Below are positions 27,474 to 36,046 of a stretch of 63,054 bases of DNA, in pieces. A model generated the notes under the pieces. The model was given only the letters and a program-made list of their open reading frames with translations, did not search any database and was not told where the DNA came from. This stretch comes from Desulfofustis sp. (GTDB lineage: Bacteria; Desulfobacterota; Desulfobulbia; Desulfobulbales; Desulfocapsaceae). The DNA lies in NCBI GenBank assembly GCA_013042475.1, contig JABDQA010000028.1, forward strand, positions 1 through 63,054, read 5' to 3'. The number at the start of each line of letters is the position of its first letter. The first letter of the stretch is position 1. The translations under genes were made by a program, and so were the position numbers.

Positions 27474-29333
27474 GTGATGGGGATGGAACCCACCGTACTG
27501 ACCACCGATATGATCATTGTTTTCGGCCTGCTCGGGCTGGCTATTTTCCTTTTTGTGTTTGACCTCCTGCGGGTTGATCTTGTCGGCCTGATGATGATGG
27601 TGGTGCTGCCCCTGACCGGCGTAATAGGCCCCGACGAGGCAATCGCCGGACTCAGCTCGAATGCGGTGGTGTCGATTATCGCGGTGATGATTTTAGGTGC
27701 TGGCCTGAACAAGACCGGGGTGATGAATGTGGTCGCCTCGCATATAGTCAAGATTGCCGGTAGTAGTGAAGCCCGGATCATGGTGATCATTTCCTCCACG
27801 GTGGCGATAATCTCCAGCTTCATGCAGAATATCGGTGCTGCCGCCCTGTTTTTGCCGGCCACCATGCGTATTGGTCGGCAGCTGCATATTCCGGCCAGCA
27901 AAATTCTCATGCCCATGGGGTTTTGCGCCATAACCGGCGGGTGCCTGACTCTGGTCGGTTCGTCGCCCTTGATTATGCTCAACGACCTGATGGAGAGCTG
28001 GTGGGTCAACAACCAGGCGGCGGTAGACGGCGCCGGGTTTACGCCTCTGGGACTGCTGTCCGTCACTCCGCTGGGTATCGCCCTGCTCATAGGTATCCTT
28101 GTCTATTTTGTGGTCTTGGGCCGAAAACTTCTACCGGCGGATGTCTGCATGATCGACGAAGACTGCATGGAGAAACGACTCCAGGATATCTACGGAGATG
28201 AGGTCGGCAAAGGCTATGAACTGGTGGTCCCCTCCTACTTTCCGGCCCAGACTCTCGGTGAAATAGAGTTGCGGCCCAAATACCATGTTACCGTAGTAGG
28301 CATTGCCAAAGGAGAGGAGCGCTATACTAAGAATTTTGCCCCGGGAAAAAACGATGCGATTGAAGCGGGAGACGTCCTTTGGGTGATTGGCTCGGACGAC
28401 AAGGTCGAAACTCTGACCAGCGAGCTTGGCTGGCAGCTCAGACCGGAACCGGAGCTTTTCGCCAATGACAACTCTATCGACGAGAGCGGTATCATCGAAG
28501 GCGTTGTCATCCCCCACAGCAATCTGACCGGCCATACTCTGGAGGAGCTCAAGTTTGGGGAACTATACAAGGTCAATGCGCTGGCCTTGGTCCGTGGCGA
28601 CAAGGTGATCATGGACAATATTAATGCAACCAAGCTGGTCCAGGGCGACACCTTGCTGCTCCAGGGCAAATGGCAACGCTTCAAGCTGATAGCGGAAAAG
28701 AACGACATCGCCTTTGTCGAGGAGATTCGCGGTGAGGAATTCAAACCTGAGAGGACCAAGTGTGCACTTTTTTTTCTGTTCATGTCACTGGCCCTGGTTC
28801 TTGGCTTCCAGGTCAAGCTGTCCATCGCACTGCTCAGCGGCGCCCTGGGCATGATCGTCACCAGGATCATCACCGCCGACCGTGCTTACGAGGCAGTCGA
28901 CTGGCGTACCGTATTTCTGCTGGCCGGTCTGATTCCGCTCGGCACCGCCTTTGAAAACACCGGTGCCGCCGCCTATATTGCTCACAAAGTATTGAGCTCT
29001 TTTGCTGAACTGACCCCGATGCTGTTGCTCTTTCTGGTGTCGGTATTGACCGCCTTCTTTTCTCTGGTGGCTTCCAATGTGGGTGCTGCAGTTCTGATGG
29101 TTCCGCTGGCCATGAACATGGCCGCCCAGTTGGGGACCGATCCGATTCTGGCTGCGCTGGTGGTTGCCGTTTCGGCTTCCAACACCTTCATTCTGCCGAC
29201 CCACCAGGTAAATGCCCTGATCATGAGGCCGGGGGGGTACCGACCCAAAGACTACATGAAGGCCGGAGTGGGAGCGTCGATCCTCTACACGATCATTTTG
29301 CTGGTCATGCTGAAACTCTTCTACGGCGTCTGA
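27474..29333 (+). CDS. DASS/SLC13-type anion transporter with two central TrkA-C (RCK_C) domains
   Basis: 619 aa with N- and C-terminal polytopic halves (SSNAVVSIIAVMILGAGL, SASNTFILPTHQVNALIM) that flank two soluble RCK_C-like repeats (VVPSYFPAQTLGEIELRPKYHVTVVGI; VVIPHSNLTGHTLEELKFGELYKVNALALVRG). The ATG at 27477 is a likely start. Confidence 0.85.
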   Translation: MMGMEPTVLTTDMIIVFGLLGLAIFLFVFDLLRVDLVGLMMMVVLPLTGVIGPDEAIAGLSSNAVVSIIAVMILGAGLNKTGVMNVVASHIVKIAGSSEARIMVIISSTVAIISSFMQNIGAAALFLPATMRIGRQLHIPASKILMPMGFCAITGGCLTLVGSSPLIMLNDLMESWWVNNQAAVDGAGFTPLGLLSVTPLGIALLIGILVYFVVLGRKLLPADVCMIDEDCMEKRLQDIYGDEVGKGYELVVPSYFPAQTLGEIELRPKYHVTVVGIAKGEERYTKNFAPGKNDAIEAGDVLWVIGSDDKVETLTSELGWQLRPEPELFANDNSIDESGIIEGVVIPHSNLTGHTLEELKFGELYKVNALALVRGDKVIMDNINATKLVQGDTLLLQGKWQRFKLIAEKNDIAFVEEIRGEEFKPERTKCALFFLFMSLALVLGFQVKLSIALLSGALGMIVTRIITADRAYEAVDWRTVFLLAGLIPLGTAFENTGAAAYIAHKVLSSFAELTPMLLLFLVSVLTAFFSLVASNVGAAVLMVPLAMNMAAQLGTDPILAALVVAVSASNTFILPTHQVNALIMRPGGYRPKDYMKAGVGASILYTIILLVMLKLFYGV

Positions 29334-29581
29334 TGGTATCGATTCAAATTGCCGCGCCGCCAGGCAGCCTCTGCAAGCAGACTGAACAATGCATCGCCCA
29401 GTTGATCGAAGACCAGGGGCTCGACTGTTCTGTTGAGCTGGTCCACGATTTCGACAAGATAATCGAACTCGGTGTCTATGCCATACCCGGCCTGCTCATC
29501 GACGGAACGCTGAAAAGTGTAGGTAGGGTGCCTGAGATTCATGAACTCATCGACTGGTTGGGCCTCGGTCAGGCACCCTGA
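29333..29581 (+). CDS. small thioredoxin-fold protein (redox-active disulfide protein 2 / Thioredoxin_3-like) with a degenerate CxxC
   Basis: 82 aa. The C-terminal half, GVYAIPGLLIDGTLKSVGRVPEIHELIDWL, matches the family pattern (cis-Pro, GxxxxxGxxP). The expected N-terminal GCxxC is PGSLCKQTEQC. The ATG overlaps the transporter's TGA (ATGA-type overlap at 29331-29335). Confidence 0.55.
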   Translation: MVSIQIAAPPGSLCKQTEQCIAQLIEDQGLDCSVELVHDFDKIIELGVYAIPGLLIDGTLKSVGRVPEIHELIDWLGLGQAP

Positions 29582-29663
29582 GCTCAAAACACAACAGGCA
29601 GAAACCCCAAAGCAAATTAATCATTGTCATTTTCATTACTCCGCTCTATTAATATCCTTATAA

Positions 29664-29796
29664 AAAGACTCCGAGCCGAAAGTCCTAAGTTTCCCTCCAT
29701 GCGTTGACGTCGATTGAAGGGGAGGGAATTATGGTCTGAGGCCGATAGGGTTGGACTGGAAACGGTTCAGCCTTCCGAACTTGAAAAGGAGTGTCC
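29664..29796 (+). promoter_or_regulatory. probable molybdenum cofactor (Moco) riboswitch
   Basis: It lies directly 5' of moaA. ACUCC (29668-29672) can pair with GGAGU (29788-29792), which would sequester the AAGGAG Shine-Dalgarno sequence. The characteristic CUCCGAGCC string is at 29669-29677. There is an internal hairpin TTCCCTCC/GGAGGGAA (29691-29698 / 29722-29729). GGUCUGAGGCC and CAGCCUUCCGAAC segments are also present. This was recognised from memory of the motif and not scored with a covariance model. Confidence 0.6.
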
Positions 29797-30819
29797 ATGA
29801 ACGCGCCCTCGAAGCATACCACCGCATCCGGTTTCGACCCGCCCCAACTAATAGATAATCAGGGTAGAATTATTACCTATTTGCGGCTGGCGATCACCGA
29901 TCGATGCAACCTGCGCTGCTCCTACTGCATGCCGGAGGATGGTGTTGAGACAGTTTCTCACGGCGAAACCCTGAGCTACGAGGAACTCGAGCGGTTGGCG
30001 CGGTTATTTCTCGAAATGGGCATAGAGAAGATCCGGATTACCGGGGGAGAACCATTTGTGAGAAGGGGATGCATTAATTTTATGGAGCGCCTCAAACATG
30101 ATCTCGGCGTCACTGAGCTCGTGGTTACCACCAACGGGGTGGAAACTGCACGCTATCTGAAGAGGTTGAAGGAACTGCCGATCTCGGGCATCAACCTGAG
30201 CCTGGACACACTGGACCGCAAACGATTCAAAACGATCGCCAGACGGGACCGGCTGGCTGACGTTTTGCAGACACTCTATGGCGCCCTGGAACTTGGCATT
30301 CGCTTGAAGGTCAATTCGGTGGTCTCTGAGGAAACCAGTGACGCTGAAATTTTTCAGCTCGGAGAGCTGGCCCGCGACAACAATCTGAGCATGCGTTTCA
30401 TTGAAAAGATGCCGTTCTCCGGTGAGAAGATTGTAGATCGTCTCATAGATTATGGGCTTGTCGATCGACTGGCGAATCTTTTTCCAGGCCTCGATCAGGG
30501 CCAGACGGATAACGGTTCCACCGCGAAGGAGTTTAACATACCGGGATTCAAGGGAAGCCTGGGCATCATCGAGGGCAGTTCGAGAAAGTTCTGTTCAACC
30601 TGTAACAGGGTCCGAATTACTCCACAGGGGATACTCAAGGTGTGCCTGTATGACAACGGCGTGCTTGATCTCAAAGAATTGATGCGGACTGGAACAAACG
30701 ATGAAGACCTGCTGAAACAGATCAGATCCTGCCTCAACAGACGTTTTGCCGACGGTCACCAGACCGAATCCGCCAACGGCAGAGCAGCACAGCCTTCGAT
30801 GGCATCGATCGGCGGGTGA
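29797..30819 (+). CDS. moaA: GTP 3',8-cyclase MoaA
   Basis: Radical SAM CNLRCSYCMP, ITGGEPF, and a C-terminal second cluster CSTCNRVRITPQGILKVCL. I prefer the ATG at 29797 (5 nt after AAGGAG) over the GTG at 29791, which lies inside the SD sequence. Confidence 0.93.
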   Translation: MNAPSKHTTASGFDPPQLIDNQGRIITYLRLAITDRCNLRCSYCMPEDGVETVSHGETLSYEELERLARLFLEMGIEKIRITGGEPFVRRGCINFMERLKHDLGVTELVVTTNGVETARYLKRLKELPISGINLSLDTLDRKRFKTIARRDRLADVLQTLYGALELGIRLKVNSVVSEETSDAEIFQLGELARDNNLSMRFIEKMPFSGEKIVDRLIDYGLVDRLANLFPGLDQGQTDNGSTAKEFNIPGFKGSLGIIEGSSRKFCSTCNRVRITPQGILKVCLYDNGVLDLKELMRTGTNDEDLLKQIRSCLNRRFADGHQTESANGRAAQPSMASIGG

Positions 30820-30825
30820 GGACAG

Positions 30826-31269
30826 GTGATTACCATGGCAACAGTCGAAGCCGTATGCACCAGTGATAAGAAAGGCATAGTCAAGAAAGAAAGGGACAGA
30901 GTCATCCTCAAAGCCAACTGGGGAATCGAGGGAGACGCACATGCGGGAGACTGGCATCGACAGGTTTCGCTGCTGGCCTCGGAGTCCATTGAACTGGTTC
31001 GTGAGCAATTGCCAACCCTGAAAAAAGGGGCTTTTGCCGAAAATATCATAACCCGTGGAATCGATCTGGAAAAGATCGGCATCGGCAGGAAAATCCAGAT
31101 TGGCGCCAGTGCAGTCCTGGAAATTACCCAGATAGGCAAAGAGTGTCACAATAGCGGCTGTGCGATCAAAAAAGCTACCGGCGACTGCATCATGCCACGG
31201 GAAGGGCTCTTTGCTAAAGTGATTGAAGGGGGAAGCGTCAGTCCCGGCGACGATATAGTCGCACTTTGA
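30826..31269 (+). CDS. MOSC domain-containing protein
   Basis: About 145 aa with GIEGDAHAG, RQVSLLASE, ENIITRGIDL and a conserved Cys region ITQIGKECHNSGC. The likely true start is the ATG at 30835 (GAGGA upstream). Confidence 0.75.
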   Translation: MITMATVEAVCTSDKKGIVKKERDRVILKANWGIEGDAHAGDWHRQVSLLASESIELVREQLPTLKKGAFAENIITRGIDLEKIGIGRKIQIGASAVLEITQIGKECHNSGCAIKKATGDCIMPREGLFAKVIEGGSVSPGDDIVAL

Positions 31270-31285
31270 TAATCCCGGGGGGGGA

Positions 31286-32566
31286 TCAGAGCTTCACATA
31301 CTTTTTGACGACCCCACGCACCTCTTTCTCCAGAGCCTTGCCCTTGAGCTTATTGACAATGTTATAGAGCTGTGGGGCCATTTCGATGAACGGAGCCAAT
31401 AGGACCGGGTCGAAATGTGAACCCGATTCCTGCTCGAGCACGGCAAGGCCTCTTTCGATTTCCTGAGGTTGCCGGTAAGGTCGCTGTGAAGTGAGGGCGT
31501 CAAAGGCGTCGACAATGGCGAAAATCCTTGCCTCCAGCGGAATTTTATCTTGACTCAGACCGGCCGGGTAGCCGCTACCGTCATATTTTTCGTGGTGACA
31601 ACGCACTACATCGAGACCGTCCCTGAGCCAGCGATAACGTTTGATTTGTGCGACCCCATTTTTCACATGTTCCTGCACCTTGGAGAGTTCCTTTTTGTCC
31701 AGCGGGCCCTGCTTCAGCAGTATGGAAACATCCAGGTCCAGCATGCCGACATCGTGCAGGAATATTCCTTGGATGAGGTTTCTGATTCGCGCTCGTGATA
31801 GTTTGTGCCGCTCGGCCAGCCGAATACCGTAGATCAAGACTCTGTAATTATGCTCTGCAACACCGACATCGCTCTTGGCCAGTGCGCTGCCCAGCTTTTT
31901 GAGAAGAAAATTGTTGGCCAGGTTAAGATCTGAACCAATCTTTATCAGTCGGTTGTGGAAAAACACCAGACCTGGGTACATAATCAGGCCGCAAAGTACT
32001 ACTGCACCGGCACCAATCAGACTGGAAAGCACAAATCGCCAGCCGATTGCTTTGGTATCGGCCAGCGAACTACGATAGAGCGCCTCCAGGTGGCCGAGGA
32101 TATCATCGTCCTGCAGTCCCCTGATTGGAATCACCGTCATCAGATACAGCCTTTTATCGGCAAACAACCAGGTTCCGACTGGTTCGCCGCCTGGTACCAA
32201 GCTGACTGATTCGTCGTTAAAACGCTGTCTTACCTGTTCGGCACTGGCCCGTGATTTCTCAAAAAACTGTAGACCATCGGGAGTGGAAAGGCGGACCTCA
32301 ATGAAAGAGGTATGGGCGATCGAGTCGTGAAATTCAGGCGTTACAACTACCGTTTCTCCACCTGAATGGTTATTATGCTGGTTCAGAAAGAGCGGGATGA
32401 ACAGACGTGCTTCCTTGATGGCGGCACTGATCAGGCTTTGCTCAAGCCGGCTGTATTCGATATAGCAAGTGGCGCCAACCACCAGCAAGATAGTCAGTAT
32501 GCAGATGCCCGTGAGCCGCTTAATAAGCAGGGCATGGATTTCTTTTTTCAGGGCCGGAAATTTCAT
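31286..32566 (-). CDS. membrane-anchored HD-GYP domain protein (probable c-di-GMP phosphodiesterase)
   Basis: Two TM segments flank a periplasmic-type sensor region. The HD-GYP core is FLHDVGM .. HHEKYDGSGYPAGL .. DAFDALTSQRPYR. Confidence 0.85.
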   Translation of the reverse strand: MKFPALKKEIHALLIKRLTGICILTILLVVGATCYIEYSRLEQSLISAAIKEARLFIPLFLNQHNNHSGGETVVVTPEFHDSIAHTSFIEVRLSTPDGLQFFEKSRASAEQVRQRFNDESVSLVPGGEPVGTWLFADKRLYLMTVIPIRGLQDDDILGHLEALYRSSLADTKAIGWRFVLSSLIGAGAVVLCGLIMYPGLVFFHNRLIKIGSDLNLANNFLLKKLGSALAKSDVGVAEHNYRVLIYGIRLAERHKLSRARIRNLIQGIFLHDVGMLDLDVSILLKQGPLDKKELSKVQEHVKNGVAQIKRYRWLRDGLDVVRCHHEKYDGSGYPAGLSQDKIPLEARIFAIVDAFDALTSQRPYRQPQEIERGLAVLEQESGSHFDPVLLAPFIEMAPQLYNIVNKLKGKALEKEVRGVVKKYVKL

Positions 32567-32644
32567 AAAAGACCTTATCAGGGCATGGCTAATCGAATTG
32601 CCGCCACTCTACCATTGTCTAGTTTAAATGACAATGCGCCGTGA

Positions 32645-32856
32645 CCAGCGAGGATTAAAAGGAGACGATGTGACCTGGTCAACCTGGTCAAAAACGGTCG
32701 ACGCTTCCTGACTCATCAACAGATCATTCTGGAACGTACAACGATCCGACTGAGGTCGCCTTTATTCTCGGTTTTGCCGATCTCTCCACCTTTTCCAGGT
32801 CATTCAAGAGATGGACCTGGGTGTCGCCCAGCAGATATCGCAAAATCGATGTCTGA
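32645..32856 (+). pseudogene. 3' remnant of an AraC-family regulator gene, frameshifted
   Basis: Frame 1 (32674-32856) ends ..TEVAFILGFADLSTFSRSFKRWTWVSPSRYRKIDV*, the second HTH of AraC/XylS proteins. The preceding helix (..RRFLTHQQIILERTTIRL) is in a different frame (32645-32755). No N-terminal sensor domain or start codon is present. Confidence 0.6.
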
Positions 32857-32995
32857 CATTTCGCAAAACGTCAATTCGCCCAATCTCTGTGTTGGGCAGG
32901 TGTGTCGGATCCCTACAATATTCCCCCCCCATGAGTGCGGTATAATTTTATTGGGTGGCCTGCTGCTGAATAAATCTGCTCATTTATCATTTTAT

Positions 32996-33034
32996 CAATA
33001 AAAAAGGAGCGTTTTCGATTTCACCGAAAACGCT
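32996..33034 (-). terminator. intrinsic terminator of rubrerythrin gene
   Basis: Perfect 11-bp stem GAGCGTTTTCG/CGAAAACGCTC (33006-33016 / 33024-33034) with a 7-nt loop. On the minus strand it is followed by CTTTTTTATT. It lies 44 nt after the rbr stop. Confidence 0.8.
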
Positions 33035-33077
33035 CTTCTCATATAGGCTGAGCCCTGGTAAAGCTCAGGGGCGAAAC

Positions 33078-33608
33078 TTAGATGTCTGCATCCAGGTTAG
33101 CCGGCTCATAATACTCCTTCGGGTGGGCACAGGCAGGACATTTTTCGGGCGGTTCGGTGCCTTCATGCAAATACCCGCAGAGGCAGCATTTCCAGGTGAT
33201 CGGTTCATCCCTGGTGTAGACCGTGCCGGCTTTTACGCGGGAAAGAAGTTTTTTGTAGCGCTCGCGGTGATCGGCTTCGACCTTGCCGATCATCTCAAAT
33301 TTGGCGGCCGCTTCCAGATTGCCCTCTTCTTTTGCCACCGCCGCAAAATCCTGGTACATGGTGGTGGTCTCGTAATCTTCGCCTTCAATGGCATCCTGAA
33401 GGTTGGCAATGGTATCACCGATTCCGCCTAAGAGCTTGAGATGGTCATTGGCGTGGCGCATTTCATTGATCGCTGTTTCTTCAAAAATTTTGGCGACATA
33501 GTGGTAGCCTTCCTTACGGGCAACCTTGGCAAAAAAGGTATACTTGTTTCTGGCCATCGATTCGCCGGCAAATGCTGCTTCGAGGTTCTCTTTTGTTTTG
33601 CTCATCAT
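33078..33608 (-). CDS. rbr: rubrerythrin
   Basis: Ferritin-like diiron domain (ENLEAAFAGESMARNKY, EETAINEMRHANDH, EGEDYETTTMY, VEADHRERY) plus a C-terminal rubredoxin-like CCLCGY..CPAC. The start is at one of the tandem ATGs (MMSKTK). Confidence 0.92.
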   Translation of the reverse strand: MMSKTKENLEAAFAGESMARNKYTFFAKVARKEGYHYVAKIFEETAINEMRHANDHLKLLGGIGDTIANLQDAIEGEDYETTTMYQDFAAVAKEEGNLEAAAKFEMIGKVEADHRERYKKLLSRVKAGTVYTRDEPITWKCCLCGYLHEGTEPPEKCPACAHPKEYYEPANLDADI

Positions 33609-33819
33609 ACTCTCCAAGTAATAGGTGAAAGGTTTGGAACCACAGTGGGTCCCTAACGGAAAAAAAGTGACTGATAATAATTCTTTTTATCAAAAAGGAC
33701 AACGATTAACACATCCAGCATCCAGGCAATGGTGATGGTAACTATCCCATGCTGGATAGGCAGCGGCGGAGGGCACATGTATCTTTACTGTCCAGGGGGA
33801 GACAACCACGAGGGTGTTA

Positions 33820-34425
33820 TCACTTACTTTTGATGCTGGTCTGAGGTGTAAGCAGGATTTCGACGACGTCTGAACCAAGGCGGACATCTTCCACGCTCAT
33901 GTCGATAACCAGCTGCCGGGTGCCGATGTCGGTAATGATCGGCTGCAGGTTCTCAAGAGCGACGGGAATCTCCTGTCCATTGAACAGGGCGGCAATGAGT
34001 TCGCCAACTTCATTGTTTTGGGAACCCCGCTGATCAATTCCAGAGACGGTCGGTCGAATGAAGAGGGTTTGACTGGGCTTGTCAAATCTCATCACCGCCT
34101 CGAGGCTGAAATCAAGCTCGACATTTCCCACCTTCAGAAGAAGATTATGTCCGCCGATACTGGTGTTGAGCTGGACATTCCTGCCACTCATGGTAACCGT
34201 GGCGGCAAGTGACTCGTCTTTGAAGTTGAGATTTTCCACCTTCTCAACCGAAATCTGCCCAGCCAGAGTATCCGATGGTTGGTTGACTTGAAGCGGCAGG
34301 CTCTTTTGCACCACTTCGGCGACCACCTTCTCCGGCAGGCTGAGAAGAATCGGCTGGCCGGTACTGAGTCCTGGATAGAGCAGGCAGAAGAGTAGTAAGA
34401 TAGCGAGTAATATAACTTTTTTCAT
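33820..34425 (-). CDS. secreted protein of unknown function
   Basis: 201 aa with a clear signal peptide (MKKVILLAILLLFCLLYPGLSTG) and a beta-rich mature part. I recognise no motif. Confidence 0.55.
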   Translation of the reverse strand: MKKVILLAILLLFCLLYPGLSTGQPILLSLPEKVVAEVVQKSLPLQVNQPSDTLAGQISVEKVENLNFKDESLAATVTMSGRNVQLNTSIGGHNLLLKVGNVELDFSLEAVMRFDKPSQTLFIRPTVSGIDQRGSQNNEVGELIAALFNGQEIPVALENLQPIITDIGTRQLVIDMSVEDVRLGSDVVEILLTPQTSIKSK

Positions 34426-34577
34426 AACGACAAATAGTACGACTAGGGTTAATATCTGAATCTAATGATAAAATGGTGGATCGGTCTCAACAGGTCGCAA
34501 AGTCGTCAGAACAATACCCCACGGACGGGTAATTTAACAGCAAATCTTCCACGCATTGGCAAAAGAATAGCAGACCA

Positions 34578-35924
34578 ATGGCCACTCTTACCGTCACAGC
34601 CGATTGTTATCTGGAAATGATCGAAAGGCCTCTGGAGCAGGCACTCAAGGACCAGTTGACCATCGACAATCCCAAGTACATTGCCGCCAGGCGCTACGGC
34701 AGATGGATTGGTAAGAAACTCAAACCCAAGCTCTATTACTATGAGCAGGAGCCGGGCGGTTTGCGCTTTCCCCGGGGTTTCGCCAACCGGGCCATTGAAC
34801 TCTGCCAGGCTTCAGGAGTGGAACTTGAGATTGTGGATGAGCGCAGAAGGCTGACCGTGCACAGTTTCTCTTTCAAGGCCCAGCTGCGCCCCTACCAGGA
34901 ACAGGCGGTGCAGACCATTTGTTCGAGGTCCTTCGGTGTGCTCGAGGCCGGCACCGGCAGCGGCAAAACGGTCATGGCGCTGGCCGCTATCGCCAAGAGA
35001 AGACAACCGACAATCGTCATTGTCCATACCAAGGAGTTGCTCTACCAGTGGCGGGACCGCATCGAAGAATTCATGGGGATCGAGGCCGGGTTGATCGGCG
35101 ACTCCAAATTCGAGATCCGGCCCCTGACCGTGGCAATCGTCAACAGTGCCAGGAAACGCACCGAGGAACTGGTACCGTGCTTCGGGCATCTGATTGTCGA
35201 CGAATGTCACCGGGTACCGGCCACCCTCTTTACCGACGTGGTGTCGCAATTTGACAGCTATTTTCTGCTCGGCTTGTCGGCCACCGCCTTTCGCAGCGAT
35301 GAGGGTATGACCAAGCTGATCTACTATTTCATGGGGGACCGGATCCATTCCGTCGATCCCATGCAGCTAAAAGTCTCAGGGGCAGTGCTCAAGCCCAAAA
35401 TCATGCGTAACACCACCGACTTCACCTACGGCTATCGGGGTGATTACCAAGCCCTCATCAGCGCTTTGACCAAACATGAAGGACGCAACAGGCAGATAGC
35501 CGGGGACATTGTCGAGCAGGTGCGTAATGAGCCCGATTCCACCGCACTGGTCGTGTCCGACCGGGTCAGTCACTGCAACGTCTTCGTTGAGCTGCTGCGC
35601 CACCACCGGGTGTCAGTGGCCCTGCTCACCGGCCAGATTCCACCGGAACAGCGCAGCCAGATAGTTGCCGATGTGCAGGACGGCAAGATACAGGTGCTGG
35701 TCGCTACACTTCAGCTGATCAGCGAAGGGTTCGACTGCTCGGGGCTGGCGAGTCTCTTTCTGACGACCCCGATTACTTTCGAGGGGCGGCTGGTTCAGGT
35801 GATCGGCAGAATACTTCGACCTGCTGCCAACAAGGTTCCGGTAGTCTATGATTACGTCGACGATCAGGTACCTGCCCTGCGCCGTTCCGCCGCCGCCCGC
35901 CAGAAAGTCCTAATGAAACTCTGA
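34578..35924 (+). CDS. SF2 DEAD/DEAH-box helicase, XPB/Ssl2-like (COG1061 type)
   Basis: Q/I motifs LRPYQEQAV and EAGTGSGKT, motif II DECH, motif III-like LGLSATAFRSDEG (compare the XPB RED motif), and motif VI QVIGRILR. There is a roughly 95-aa N-terminal extra domain. Confidence 0.85.
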   Translation: MATLTVTADCYLEMIERPLEQALKDQLTIDNPKYIAARRYGRWIGKKLKPKLYYYEQEPGGLRFPRGFANRAIELCQASGVELEIVDERRRLTVHSFSFKAQLRPYQEQAVQTICSRSFGVLEAGTGSGKTVMALAAIAKRRQPTIVIVHTKELLYQWRDRIEEFMGIEAGLIGDSKFEIRPLTVAIVNSARKRTEELVPCFGHLIVDECHRVPATLFTDVVSQFDSYFLLGLSATAFRSDEGMTKLIYYFMGDRIHSVDPMQLKVSGAVLKPKIMRNTTDFTYGYRGDYQALISALTKHEGRNRQIAGDIVEQVRNEPDSTALVVSDRVSHCNVFVELLRHHRVSVALLTGQIPPEQRSQIVADVQDGKIQVLVATLQLISEGFDCSGLASLFLTTPITFEGRLVQVIGRILRPAANKVPVVYDYVDDQVPALRRSAAARQKVLMKL

Positions 35925-36046
35925 GCCGTCCGGTCTCGAACTGCTTTACTTCTTCTCAGAGCTGGTGTATGGTGGCCCCCCTTTATATCCAGGCATCAAG
36001 GAATTATTATTTATCACTCTCTGAGAAGGCCCTCGGCTAAACTGTT

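Noticed and set aside
34556-34571. TGGCAAAAGAATAGCA with sigma54-like GG/GC spacing upstream of the helicase gene.
   Set aside because: It ends only 6 nt before the ATG, so the predicted transcription start would fall inside the coding region. The -12 element is TAGC rather than TTGC.
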